From Octopus sinensis (lineage: Eukaryota), in the NCBI RefSeq assembly GCF_006345805.1, contig NC_042997.1, forward strand, positions 806,001 to 870,000: a stretch of 64,000 nucleotides of DNA, read 5' to 3'. The position numbers and the translations under genes are program-made. This document shows positions 50,990 through 63,337 of the stretch, one piece after another (positions within the stretch are counted from its first letter, which is position 1; every line of letters begins with the position of its first letter). The notes under the pieces were generated by a model that worked only from the letters and a program-made list of their open reading frames with translations, made no database searches and had not been told where the DNA came from.

Positions 50990-52111
50990 GGATAAGGAAA
51001 GTTATAGAAGGAACATATCTAGGTAATCAATACAAATTCCAAACGAAATACATATACATATAAATTTGTATGAATAGATGAATAAACTTACACGTAAAAG
51101 CCATATGTGAAACCTATGCATCATGTACTTCGGGTTCAGATTCCGAATGGAGGAGTGACAATCAAAGAGATAAAAATTCGAGGTAAGGGCTTCCAAAAGG
51201 AACTGTTCGAATCGATTAAGAATTTGATTTTTGTACGAAATGCTGGATGACAGTTCAAAATTTAAAGATTCAGGGGTAAATATGTAGATAAAATAAATAT
51301 ATAGGCGCAGGAGTGGCTGTGTGGTAAATAGCTTGCTAACCAACCACATAGTTCCGGGTTCAGTCCCACTGCGTGGCATCTTTGGCAATTGTCTTCTGCT
51401 ATAGCCCCGGGTCGACCAATGCCTTGTGAGTGGAAAGAAGCCTGTCGTATATATGTGTATATATATGTGTGTGTGTATATGTTTGTGTGTCTGTGTGTCC
51501 CCCTAGCATTGCTTGACAACCGATGTTGGTGTGTTTACGTCCCCGTCACTTAGCGGTTCGGCAAAAGAGACCGATAGAATAAGTACTGGGCTTACAAAAG
51601 AATAAGTCCCGGGGTCGATTTGCTCGACTAAATGCGGTGCTCCAGCATGGCCGCAGTCAAATGACTGAAACAAGTAAAAGAGTAAAAGAGTATATACAAA
51701 TACTTCATTTATACATTTAGTGTACTCCATAAACGGCCGTATATTATATTTTTACCCGAATTCACTCGAATCTGTATATACTTATTTTATCTAACTCTTT
51801 ATCTACGTATTTACCCCTGAATTTTTGAACTCTCATCTAACATTTCGTATAAACATCAAATTCTTAATCGATTCGTACAGTTCCTTTTGGAAGTCCTCAC
51901 CTCGAATTTTTAATCTCTTTATCTATCACTCCTCCATTCGGTACCTGAACACAACGTACATGATGCATAGTTTTCACATATGACTTTTACATGTAATTTT
52001 GTTCACTTATTTATAAATTTATATGTATATGTATTTCGTTGCGTGTTTTAAATTAGGCTTTGGAATTTGTATTGATTGTCTAGATGTGTTCCTTCTATAC
52101 TTTCCCTCATC
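50990..52111. repeat. Long inverted repeat (~330-bp arms), foldback-like element interrupted by a SINE
   Basis: 50991-51303 plus 51691-51700 is the reverse complement of 51771-52111 (e.g. CCAAAAGGAACTGT-CGAATCGATTAAGAATTTGAT; CCGAATGGAGGAGTGA). Confidence 0.9.
51304..51690 (+). mobile_element. Full-length tRNA-derived SINE inserted in TATATA
   Basis: A box TGGCTGTGTGG, B box GGTTCAGTCCC, central TG tract, tail GCGGTGCTCCAGCATGGCCGCAGTCAAATGACTGAAAC(AAGTAAAAG)n; TATATA on both sides. Confidence 0.93.
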
Positions 52112-52399
52112 TGTTATATATATAACAGAGAGTTAATTTTACATGTAATGTGATGTAAGTGATGTGAATTTGAGTATGATGCTAGGACACAGATTAAAAC
52201 AGAATACGGTATTTTAAAATACATTATTGTTTCTCTATATATCTATGTATCTATTCATCTATCTATATCAATAAATATTGTTAAATCGGATATTTGTATT
52301 GTATTAAAGCTTATGTTCTCTTACTTCCCTCTTTCAAAGGAACACCCGCACAAAAGCATATACTCTTGATTTGTTTCTTTCTGAGATCATCCATACCCT

Positions 52400-53200
52400 T
52401 AGTGTCTCTGTACCTATCGGGTCATTTGAATACCCGTTGTCGTCATTGCAACTACACAATATACATACTACACATCACGTCTTGTTCACCAGACCCTGTT
52501 GCACTTCAAGTCAGACGACTACAGCTCCGAGAGATTTATGCCAAATACCTGTGGCAACAAGCGTCTTTCATTCTTATCCCACCAGGAACAGCTTGTCAAA
52601 TTACTGAAACCCTATCCCTTCGTAACAAAATTTTACTGATACAAGCTTCACCACCAAGTTGTTTACTCGTTGCTGCGTTCAAACTGTTTATCCAAAATCA
52701 AGGCCTACAAGAATTACCCCCACTCACTCAAACTGGCTGGTCTTGACACAGATATCCGTTCACAACCGATCCATCCCTACTTTACTGAGCCCCTTTTCTC
52801 TCTTTAAACAATATCTCCGTCAGTATTCTCCGTTGTACAAAACCTCAGCTTTCTGTAACCCAGATTGCGTTCCACTCCATACTAATCATTAATTGTCAAT
52901 CCATATAACTCTCCTCCGTTCCACGCTTCCAAGTTTTCCCACTTCGTATGCACATATTGCAATTCAGCAATACCAGTTGTTGCTCCAAACAAATGAAGCT
53001 AGAAGACCTGATAATGTTCTTTTCATTATACCCAAACATTTCGTCTCAGTGCTTGCAATATTTTATCTTTCACTCCATAGTGGGATATACCCGGCCATTT
53101 GGGAGCACGTCTCACGTGTCTTGTTTTAAGAAAAGTAAAACCTGAGACCGAGCCAACAACTATCGTCATATTAACCACACTTAAAAGATGGTGGGTTCCG
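52400..53200 (+). mobile_element. CR1/L2/Jockey-group LINE relic (linker plus RT N-terminus)
   Basis: HNRSIPTL; NEARRPDNV..LAIFYLSLHSGIYPAIWEHVSRV..NNYRHI, resembling KAPGPD..FNLSL.SG.FP..WK.A.V..NYRPI. Confidence 0.7.
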
Positions 53201-53249
53201 CAATTAATAATACAGTTCTGCAAAAAACTTGAATCTTTATTCTCTCCCT

Positions 53250-53790
53250 CTCTCTCTCTTTGCACGTGATTCCTCAACTCATTGAACACCATTTCTGTTT
53301 CCACAGATCTACTGGAAACCCATTTTCTTATGTCAGTCAGCAGTCAGCTCGTGCTTTAAAAATGTTTGGTGAAAGTCATGATGTAAACTTGAATAAAGTC
53401 TTCAACCTTTTTTGCTATGCAAATTTCTTATAATTGCCCCCTCCACACTCCTTGAAGGATTCTCATCTTTTATGTCTTTGATAGACACTTTCCTATCGTC
53501 ATCTAGGAATGTAATAAGGGGGATCATTTTACTAACTTTCAATCAACTCTGTTTCTCCCTGAGGTTCGATTTTGTCTACCACTCTCTTCATACTTAGACA
53601 TCGATGACTTATTTACCGCTGCATCCACAAAAGCCTCCAAGCTTATGCAAATGGAACACGGCTTCATAATTCCCGAAATTTCCTCAACTGTACATCTTCC
53701 ACATGTTCTCCAAACACTACACGCTAAATCTCTGTAAACATTTGCCTTGAATTGATATTTCAACCTGGCCATTCCCACAATGCCTTTTTT
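53250..53790 (-). mobile_element. Highly decayed L1/Tx1-like ORF2 C-terminal relic
   Basis: RDLACSVWRTC..KPCSICISLEAFVDA..ETEMVFNELRNHVQRE; overall layout resembles the zinc-finger end of the main LINE. Confidence 0.4.
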
Positions 53791-54231
53791 AAACGTTAAA
53801 AAAATCTCAGTTACTATTCATATCAAGAAAACACCACCGTATCATACCTCAAATAAACACGAGTGGTACTGTGCTACAGCTTCATAGTCGCTTCTTGTGT
53901 TGAGTCTTATTGTTACCTAGGAACCCCTGGTGGAAGCACACCCATAACATAGGGAGAGCCACATCCCAGAGACTGGTTGGTTTCGTCAAAACCAGAAAAT
54001 ATTTTAGTCCCTGACAGCTGCTGACATTCTACAATGCTGAAATGATATCCAAAAGGAATTACAGCTGTGACATTGCTTCTACTATACACACAGACAACCT
54101 GGGTCACATTTAGAGAAGGTCCACATGACTGCTTGGTATTCAGTCAATAACAGGCAAACTGCAGCTGTGGCCCCAGCCGTGCAATCCACTTTCTCTGTCT
54201 TTTCTCTTACTACTGCAATGTTCCCTGTACT

Positions 54232-54464
54232 TATTTCCTTACTACCCACAAGGGGCTAAACACAGAGGAGACAAATAGGGACAGACAAACGGATTAAGTC
54301 GACTACATCGACCCCAGTGCGTAACTGGTACCTAATTTATCGACCCCAAAAGGATGAAAGGCAAAGTCTACCTCGGCGCAATTTGAACTCTGAACGTAAC
54401 GGCAGACGAAATACAGCCCAGCATTTCGCCCCGCGTGCAAACGATTCTACCAGCTCGCCACCTT
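54232..54464 (-). mobile_element. Full-length SINE with the Tx1-type tail, solitary insertion
   Basis: Head AAGGTGGCGAGCTGG, tail AGCCCCTTGTGGGTAGTAAGGAAATA; TSD TTCCCTGTACT 54221-54231 / TCCCCTGTACT 54467-54477 (10/11). Confidence 0.9.
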
Positions 54465-55399
54465 ACTCCCCTGTACTGCTGAGCTAACTGTCCTCGTACT
54501 TCACTGTTCTGGCACTCTTTTGGTTTTCTAATTCTCGTCACACTATTTAAACTGTGGAACTGCAACATTAACGGCATCAAGGTCACTGGTCATACATACT
54601 GCCACTTCCACCACTCTGCAACTAAAAAACAAAAACAAAAAGATAAAAAATAAAAAGCACCTGCAAATCACAATACCTACCGACACGCGCACTTATATAA
54701 ACTGATGAGCCTTACAACTGGACTTCATATGGATACCCAATGAATATTTTTACTTATTATAGGTGCATTATGAAATACACGATTGATTACTTGCCTATGA
54801 ATGAGGGTAGATTTAATTTTCCATCAGTAAGCTAATACTGAATGTTAATCATACATATTAATGATGCGTGTTTAAACTTCGCCAATTGTACCATTTTGGA
54901 ATAAAGCAAATTAAGCTGTTGAATATTATGCGTCTTGGATAAGAAAGCATTTGGACGAGTTATAATTACCAATAACTTGCTATAATTTGAACGGAGATAT
55001 TGTCACTCAGTATTAATATCCGAGACATGAATTGTGACTCGGAAAACAGCTTACATATATTTCAGAACAAATCAGTTTCCTTATGTATCATACGTAGCAC
55101 TAAATCAATTTCATCTAAGTTTGAAGCCAATAAAATAGATATTTGACAACAAAAATATTACAATATATTGCTCTTTGGGTCATTGCATAATGTTATTGCA
55201 ATTCAATCAAATCTCTCCATTTTCCACTGAATGATAATTGTTGAACATCTATGGAATATACACACATGGAATTGATAGCATTTGTGGTTATCCATTTCAG
55301 AGTGAACGGAATCTAATTAGAAATAAATCCCAACTCATCCAGTTCCAAAATAATTCAACCCATTGCAAAGTTTCGAGCCTGCAAATATATATATATTTT

Positions 55400-55612
55400 T
55401 TCTTGTTTCAGCTCAGAGCTGCGGCCATGCTAATGCACCGCCGTTTTGTGCTACACTATTATTACGAAGAACCTCCTCTAATATGTGGTACTTGGTGAAG
55501 AATGGAGTTTGATATCACTACTCTCATCTGCACCTCTTGCCGTGAGGTAGGTTCATCTGGGACTCTCGACAGGAAGATGTCCAGCTTTGATATAAAAACC
55601 GCTACATCTATA
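55400..55612 (-). mobile_element. 3' end of a retroelement, copy 1 (copy 2 at 60437-60652)
   Basis: ~210-bp near-identical pair; tail GCGGTGCAT-AGCATGGCCGCAGCTCTGAGCTGAAAC resembles the 51304-type SINE tail. Confidence 0.8.
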
Positions 55613-55749
55613 TATATGTAATCATTAAAAAGTACTATTTATTTATTTATTATTATTATTATAATTATTATTTTTTTGCTTAAGAAAACGTATGTCCTTT
55701 ATTGCGCGCAATATTTATTGCATCCAAATTCGCAGACAAAAGTTATCAT

Positions 55750-55835
55750 ATTCAGTGTCTTAAACGAATTATGCTTCCAAATTCGATGTCTTAAACGAAA
55801 TATGCCTCCAAATTCAGTGTCTTAAAAGAAATCTA
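55750..55835 (+). repeat. 31-bp minisatellite, ~2.7 copies
   Basis: ATTCAGTGTCTTAAACGAA-TATGC-TCCAA starting at 55750, 55781 and 55812. Confidence 0.85.
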
Positions 55836-56484
55836 CCTGAAAGATAATTAAACTGATATATGATAAAACATTCAAGCTTTACTGCAATTCTACAAAATAC
55901 ATAGTAGAATTTGGGAAAAAAACAGCCAAATTTTGCTAACTAATCGTAACATTTATGAATAAGTACAAACTAAGTACGGTCCTCCAAAGTTTTTGAGTAT
56001 ATAGTAACAGTCACTAATTCTAAAGTATGTGCTTGTATATAAAAGATTGTGTAGATGTGTTCAATAACTAAATCCTGTACATGAATATAATAGCATTACG
56101 ATATTATTAGTGTTCTTGTTTTTGATAGATTCATAATTATAGATTTTTCTACATTAATTATTTCATTGCTTATGTTTCTACATCATTTTCCAGTAACCAG
56201 ACTTTAGGTTTTTTTTTATAAGTAGGTGAACTGAGTCGTCAAATAGTTGAGAGGCATTGGTGTGAACTCAGTTTACTTTTAGATACTGTATATAGTCTCA
56301 TATCTCGTTGATTAACTGATTAACTAAGCTGTGAGGTATAATACTCACAAGTAGTATAACACACGCAAACATACATATGTACACAGACACACAGGCTTGC
56401 ATATATATAATTATATTTGTACCTATTTTTTCTTTCTCTTTCCTCCTCTCTCACTCTTTATATGCGTGTCAATATAATTATGAT

Positions 56485-56544
56485 GTATATATATATATAA
56501 ATATATGTATGTGTATATCTGTATACTATATGTGCATGTATGTT

Positions 56545-56583
<39 letters not shown>

Positions 56584-56605
56584 TTATTTATATATATACA
56601 TATAC

Positions 56606-56653
<48 letters not shown>

Positions 56654-56674
56654 TATATACATATATATATATAC

Positions 56675-56709
<35 letters not shown>

Positions 56710-56712
56710 AGG
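56485..56712. repeat. (TA)n plus (GA)n microsatellites
   Basis: Direct reading. Confidence 0.9.
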
Positions 56713-57528
56713 GGAGGAGTGAGAAGCACACACCTACACACATACATATGCACATAGTACAAAGTAATTTTGCAAACTAAACTAAATATGAAATATTTCG
56801 CTGAACACAGGACATCAATAATAAATCAGACAAATCAGCCATAATAATCACTTAAATGAAATTTATTCCTTCTACACTTCCTGAAGCTTGTGATTTGATT
56901 CATTAGGCAACATAACTCATTTTAGTTTTTCCCCGAAAAAAAAAAAATGAAATTTCATCTAATCATACAATATGGTGATTTATGGTACGATTTTTGTTTT
57001 ATAGCTCCCGTTAATATATCATCTATTCGTAAAAACTGGTAGACGCTGTACTGATTCAAAGAAGTAGTTATGGTAAAATGGCGGCATCACTGCAGAGGTC
57101 ACGTCATCGGTTCCCTACTTCGCTATAGAATTTATATTGAGTTTCAAGGTGTAAGAATTACCATCAGAGCAAACAACCTTTTTATAAATAACTAGAGCAA
57201 GTATTTTGTCTGAACATCAGAGCACTGCTGTGCATTAATGCAAGCGTTTGTTCTTTAATAAATGTATAAATCTACGTCAATTAATTCTGTAAGAAAGCTG
57301 TCTGGTTTACAATTGGTTTGAATACATAAATATACGTTAAAAAGAGCTTGTTTCAGAAGTCTGTTAGGTATAAAATGCAATGCAGCTTCGCGTTAACCTA
57401 CTATAAATATGTAGAAGAAAATTTAGAATTTTACAATCTATTTATCTATCTATCAATCTATCTATCTATCTATCTATCTATACACATACATACATATACA
57501 TACACAGATGCACACATACACATAGCTG

Positions 57529-57589
<61 letters not shown>

Positions 57590-58564
57590 ATAAGAATGAA
57601 AATCTCTATTGTGTATTGAACAGTGGGAAGATGGAAATATTCTTGTTCTTTTAAGTCGACTGTGCCTCTGAAAATTCAGTTTGGACTTCTGTACCTCATT
57701 TAATCGAAAAGGATAGTTGTATTATATACAAGTGAAGGATATGAGAGCAAAGAAAATTTTATATATGGGAAGAGTATAATATATATATAGACTGTATATA
57801 GAGATTATGTTGTTGCGTTTAGTATATACTGATAAACAGTACATGAATTTGAGAAACTTCATTATAAATTAACAGCGTAGTGACTTTAAATTTGTAATTG
57901 AAAGTTTTCGTTTGTAAGAAATAACATTTGGTAACACTGCAAAGTGGTCCTCCAGCGTGGTAACAGTTTAGTCACAATCTAATTACTCAGGCAAGTAACA
58001 GCTTGATTGCGCCTGTGGAAATTTAAAGTTTAGTGAAGATTTTTAAATTTGGTATAAAGATGTAATTTTCCACGCTGAATCGCAGGAGATAATTTACCTT
58101 TTCCAGAAAAAAATGTTTTAAAAAGCTACAGAGGTTTAAATTTGATCACTTTTACTCAGTCAGAAAACAGTATTTGGAAGCTGACGGATACAAGTGTTTT
58201 AAAAGTTATCTAATGAGTATTACCTAATACTATAAACGTAGCACTAACTTCTATTTACCTAAAATTTACTACTTTTAATAGGACGTTAACATCAATGACC
58301 ATTTTTATAAAAATTCATATTCTAATTAATTAAATTGATATTACATGTACGTTTCAATAATTTATAGAAATAATTCTGAGATTTATATATGTATTCGTAT
58401 CGAAATAAAGTATAAAATAATCTTGTGATACTCTATTAATTAATTGTTAATCTATAAAACAATAAACGAGAGTGAGATGAGATGTTATTGATGACATATA
58501 CAATGTTTCAACTAACTTTTTTATGTAGCTATGTAATCAGGAAAATCATATACACACTTGCGAC

Positions 58565-58600
58565 CGAAAGAAGCCCGTCGTATGTATGTATATATGTATA

Positions 58601-58641
<41 letters not shown>

Positions 58642-58810
58642 ACCATCGCGTGACAACTGATGCTGGTGTTTTATGTAAATTAGTGGTTCGGCAAAAAAGG
58701 CCGATAGAATAGGTACTAGGCTTACAAAGGGTTGTTATCGACTAAAACCCATTAAGGTGCCTCGCCAACATGACTGCAGTCAAATGACTGAAACGAGTTA
58801 AGATTACAAG
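58565..58810 (+). mobile_element. SINE 3' part (51304-type family)
   Basis: GAAAGAAGCCCGTCGTAT, TG tract, GCAGTCAAATGACTGAAAC. Confidence 0.8.
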
Positions 58811-59265
58811 AATACACACACACATATACATTGCCAATGTATCATATATCCGAAAAAGAAGCTCGCTGTAAAGTATAGAGCAGTAAAATATTAAAGTTAA
58901 AGAGATGAGGAATTATGTATATTATTTACATTTCACGGATATTATTGAAACGTACATGTGATATCAATTTAATTAATTAGGATAAAAATTTTTATAAAAA
59001 ATAGGTATACCGATACATTGTAAAGTCTTTATGTATCTTGAGTTCAATGATAATCCTTGGAAAAATTTACCTTGGAGGATTAAGATCCATGTGATTAAAC
59101 GTGGTGTTTGATTTAAGATGTTTGTTAAATGAATGTCAAAACAGGAAATGGGGCAGGAGTTATCCAGTTCCTGTGGGTAAGGGGAGACAACTCTGTGGAT
59201 TTTATGCTCTTCAATTGGGATTATCAATTTTTAGTCAGATATATATATATATGTACGTACATATA

Positions 59266-59422
59266 TACGATGGGTTCCTTTCGAGTTTCCGTTTACCAAA
59301 TGGGCTTTGGTCGGCCCGCGGCATTAGTAGAAGACATTTGCTCAAGGTGCACCCAGTGAGACTGAACCCGAAAGCATAATGTTGAGAATCATACTTATTA
59401 CCACACAGGCACGCCTTCGCCT
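59266..59422 (-). mobile_element. SINE 5' part (51304-type family)
   Basis: GACTGAACCCGAAAGCAT..TTACCACACAGGCACGCCTTCGCC. Confidence 0.75.
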
Positions 59423-59846
59423 GTATTTATTTCAATGTTTGAATTCCATGTAACAAATCCCTTTTAAAACTATCGAATTTAAATGTTTAATTTTTTTTTC
59501 GGTTAGCACAATTGGTCCTTCAATTACTTCTAAGTGAATAGAATGCACGTTTACATTAGAGACAGTTATTCCACACTATACAAATGTGTATTTTAATTCT
59601 TCTCTGCATTACTTTAATTTACTACTATTTTGCCTGAAATCTGTACTTCAATTTATATTCAAATGTATTCTCTTATAGATTTGTATCCCCATATATATGT
59701 TTAATGATATATTTGATTTTACAAAACAAACATTTTAGCAACAAGTAATTTAAAGCAAATACACTATTGATTCGACACTACCTCGCAGAATATAATGGTA
59801 TTTCTATTTACGTAGTATTACGTAAGTTGCATATTGGTTTTAAATC

Positions 59847-60047
59847 TTGGAACAAGGCCAGCAATTTTAAGAGTGGGAACTAGTCGATAGCATCAACCCC
59901 AGTACCCGACTGGTGCTCATTTAACGGCACCGAAGGGGTGACAGGCAAAGTTGACCATGGAGGGATTTGAATTTGGAACATAAAACGGATGGAATGCTGC
60001 CAAGCAACTTTCCCAGCGTGCTAATGATTCTGCCAGCTCGTAGCCTT
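59847..60047 (-). mobile_element. SINE, old tail type, diverged
   Basis: GGCAAAGTTGACC..GATTTGAA..GATTCTGCCAGCTCG..GCCTT. Confidence 0.8.
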
Positions 60048-60436
60048 ACGTATATTAAAACGTTTATTTACTTGAGATTTGCTTGTGTATTTCAGTTAAA
60101 CTTACGTACGGTGACAGTCTGTCTTCTCATAAAAAGAACATAATTTAAAGAAATGAAGAATTTGTTTCCTATGGCATTTGGCTTATCTATATTTTGTTGT
60201 AGACAAAACTCTGACGCATTTCTCTCTTAGCTGAATTTCTTCCTAATTACATATATAAATCATGCATAAATATACACACATAAACACACATACGCACATA
60301 AACACACACTCTCATACGCTCATACGTACGTACATATCTAGATGCACGCATATACAAATATATCTATGCGTACCTATTGGTTTCTACATATATATAATAT
60401 GTATATAATATATATTATGTATATATATGCATTTTT

Positions 60437-60652
60437 TTTTCTAGTTTCAGCTCAGAGCTGCGGCCATGCTGATGCACCGCCGTTTTGTGCTACACTGTTA
60501 TTACTAAGAGCCTCCTCTAATATGTGGAACTTGGTGAAGAATGGAGTTTGATATAGCTACCCTCATTTGAACCTCTTGTCGTGAGGTAGGTTCATCTGGG
60601 ATTCTCGACAAGAAGAGGTCCAGCTTTGATTTAGAAACCCCTACATCTACTT
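60437..60652 (-). mobile_element. 3' end of a retroelement, copy 2
   Basis: Aligns to 55400-55612. Confidence 0.8.
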
Positions 60653-61430
60653 TGCGCAAGATCCTCAGACTCTTTGGGTGTTCCTCAGACTCTTTGTATT
60701 ATATATATACATGCATATATATATATATTATGATTATATAACCCAACAGGAGTCCAATTCAACGTATGTACACTGACTTATATATTTAATTACATACTTA
60801 TTACATACTTATGCGTTTTATCAACAGACGTTCCACTGAGTTTTGCAAAATTCAGAGTTGATTGTCGATCTTTGATATAATAAAAACATCTGCCTACTCT
60901 ACAAACGTAATTATACTAGTGCAAAGTAGTATTTTATATAAATTATTCTCAACACACACATACGCACACTCATATGCACATATGTATTCATACATGAATA
61001 TGTACAAATCTTTATACAAACGTACACACACATGTATATAAAACATTAATATAAGGTTTATACATATATATATATATATATATATAATTTCAACAATTGA
61101 GGGTAAAATTAATTAATTAATCAATTTCACCAAGTGTTCAGTATGCAAAGGGACCATTTAAGGCGAATTCAAATTATTACATTATATAAAAGGGCTTAGT
61201 AAAATAAATTACTTTGCCGCATACTGAACTCATTAGAAATAGCAGCTAAAAAAACATTTATAAAACTATTTCTAATACTTAAAGAAAACCTCTCTCATAT
61301 AGTGTTTGCTCAATTCAACTCACGGAAGTATGGGGGGTAGAGACATTAAAAAATCAGATGCAAAGTATGCGGCAAAGTAATTTATTTTACTAAGCCCTTT
61401 TATATAATGTAATAATTTAAATTATATATA

Positions 61431-61492
<62 letters not shown>

Positions 61493-61496
61493 TATA

Positions 61497-61746
61497 TTGA
61501 GCAAGGCACTTTATTTCACGTTGCTCCAGTTCACTCAGCTGTAGAAATGAGTTGCGACGTCACAGGTGCCAAGCTGTATCGACCTTTGTCTTTCCCTTGG
61601 ATAACACTGGTGGCGTGGAGAGGGAAGGCTTGTATGCATGGGCGACTGCTGGTCTTCCATAAACAACCTTGCCCGGACTTGTGTCTAGGAGGGTAACTTT
61701 CTAGGTGCAATCCCATGGTCACTCATGACCGAAGGGGGTCTTTACC

Positions 61747-61750
<4 letters not shown>
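61497..61750 (+). mobile_element. 5'-truncated SINE body between (TA)n tracts
   Basis: TTGAGCAAGGCACTTTATTTCACGTTGCTCCAGTTCACTCAGCTG central-domain-like start; ends CATGACCGAAGGGGGTCTTTACCCTT. Confidence 0.65.
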
Positions 61751-61789
<39 letters not shown>

Positions 61790-61989
61790 ATATATTATAT
61801 ATATACATATATATATATATATAATATAAATGCGACACAAATATTCTCTTTATGGAATGCACTTACGTAGACAGGAGCCTCCAAGAGGGCATAGTTGAGA
61901 AACCAAATTATTGCAAGTTTTCCTATCAGCTCCGTGGTTCAGTATTAGTGGAGAAGAACCTGAAGTGCAATCTGTATTTGTATTGGACT

Positions 61990-62650
61990 GAGTTGATGGG
62001 ATTGCAGCTAGTATTTGTTGTCGCGTAGGTAGGATTGTGAGATGACAGCCTGAGTCTGTTATTTTTTAATTGAGTGGGGAGGTGGTTAATAAGGGATGTC
62101 TTATTGCTAGTATGTGGTTTAATTTGGGGTACAGTGCACCGAGGATTGAAGTTGAAGTTTCTGTTTGTTCGAGGAGGCGAATATCGATCCCAAATTAGGT
62201 GTGGTGGAGTAGGAGATTTCCACGAATATTTTGTTAAATATGAGATAATATTTATGCTGTGGTGGAAAATTAGATTTTAAGATTTTTAAAATAAGAGTTT
62301 AAGCAGCGATATAACTTGGAGAGAGAAAGGTGATGCGAACGATGAAGTATCCCGTTACCTGGCATTTGAATGTCTAGAGTGTGTGGCTCTAGTGGATTGA
62401 TCAGGATTGGGGCTTGTGAATTGTTATACTCTCGGAGTGGCCAGTGGGGCGACTGAGTGTGATGTGTAGAGCTTTCTTCTTGAGAGACATTGGATTGGTG
62501 TAGAGTAGATGCTGTGTCCGTAGGTTTAGGATGAACATTGGAAAAGAGATGTGGGATTCTAATTTCAAGCTTAGTATTTGGGATATAATAAACTTTTTCG
62601 CGGAAGCCGAATAATTGGAGGGTTTGATTATAATGGGCGTGAGCGTTAAC
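61990..62650 (-). mobile_element. Penelope-like element relic (RT thumb plus linker)
   Basis: HPKPTDTASTLHQSN (62533-62488, YRKPTDT-like) and KSNFPPQHKYYLIFNKIFVEISYSTTPNLGSIF (62277-62178). Confidence 0.7.
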
Positions 62651-62759
62651 AATTTTTTAATAATACAGATGTGAGAATTCTATCACTATTCTATAACTAT
62701 CTCTATTCTCCCGCTTTTCTTTCTTTTTTCTTTTTCACCTTTTCTCTAATTCTTCTCCT

Positions 62760-62890
62760 CCCTTCACGTTCGAAATGTGAAGTAGATAAAACAGTGGACA
62801 ACTGATGAAGTGATTGTTCTTTATGTGACCTGTCTCATTTTCCTACTTGTTTATGTTTATTTTAACGTCCTGTACCCATATATGCATGTG
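62760..62890 (+). mobile_element. PLE-type terminal repeat, inverted relative to the adjacent PLE relic
   Basis: Motifs shared with 37000-37530 at 62769-62810 and 62867-62888. Confidence 0.55.
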
Positions 62891-62941
62891 TATATACATA
62901 TATATGTAGGTATATGCATGTATGTATGTATTATATATATA

Positions 62942-62993
<52 letters not shown>

Positions 62994-63059
62994 ATTATTT
63001 TAAGATCCAATGCTACGCATCCATTTCGAACCAAGTTATATATATATATATATACATAT

Positions 63060-63225
63060 ACACTACGGGCTACTTTAAATTTCCGTCTACCAAATCGACA
63101 CAAAAGGCTTTGGTCGGCCCGAGAGTATAGTAGAAGATCATTGCCCAAGGTGCCACGCAACGGGACTGAACCTGGAACCATGTGGTTGGTAAGCAAGCTA
63201 CTTACCACACAGCCACACCAGCCCT
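63060..63225 (-). mobile_element. SINE 5' half (51304-type family)
   Basis: CCCAAGGTGCCACGCAACGGGACTGAACCTGGAACCATGTGGTTGGTAAGCAAGCTACTTACCACACAGCC. Confidence 0.88.
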
Positions 63226-63260
63226 TTGCGTATGCATATATGTGTGTGTGTATGTATATA

Positions 63261-63335
<75 letters not shown>

Positions 63336-63337
<2 letters not shown>

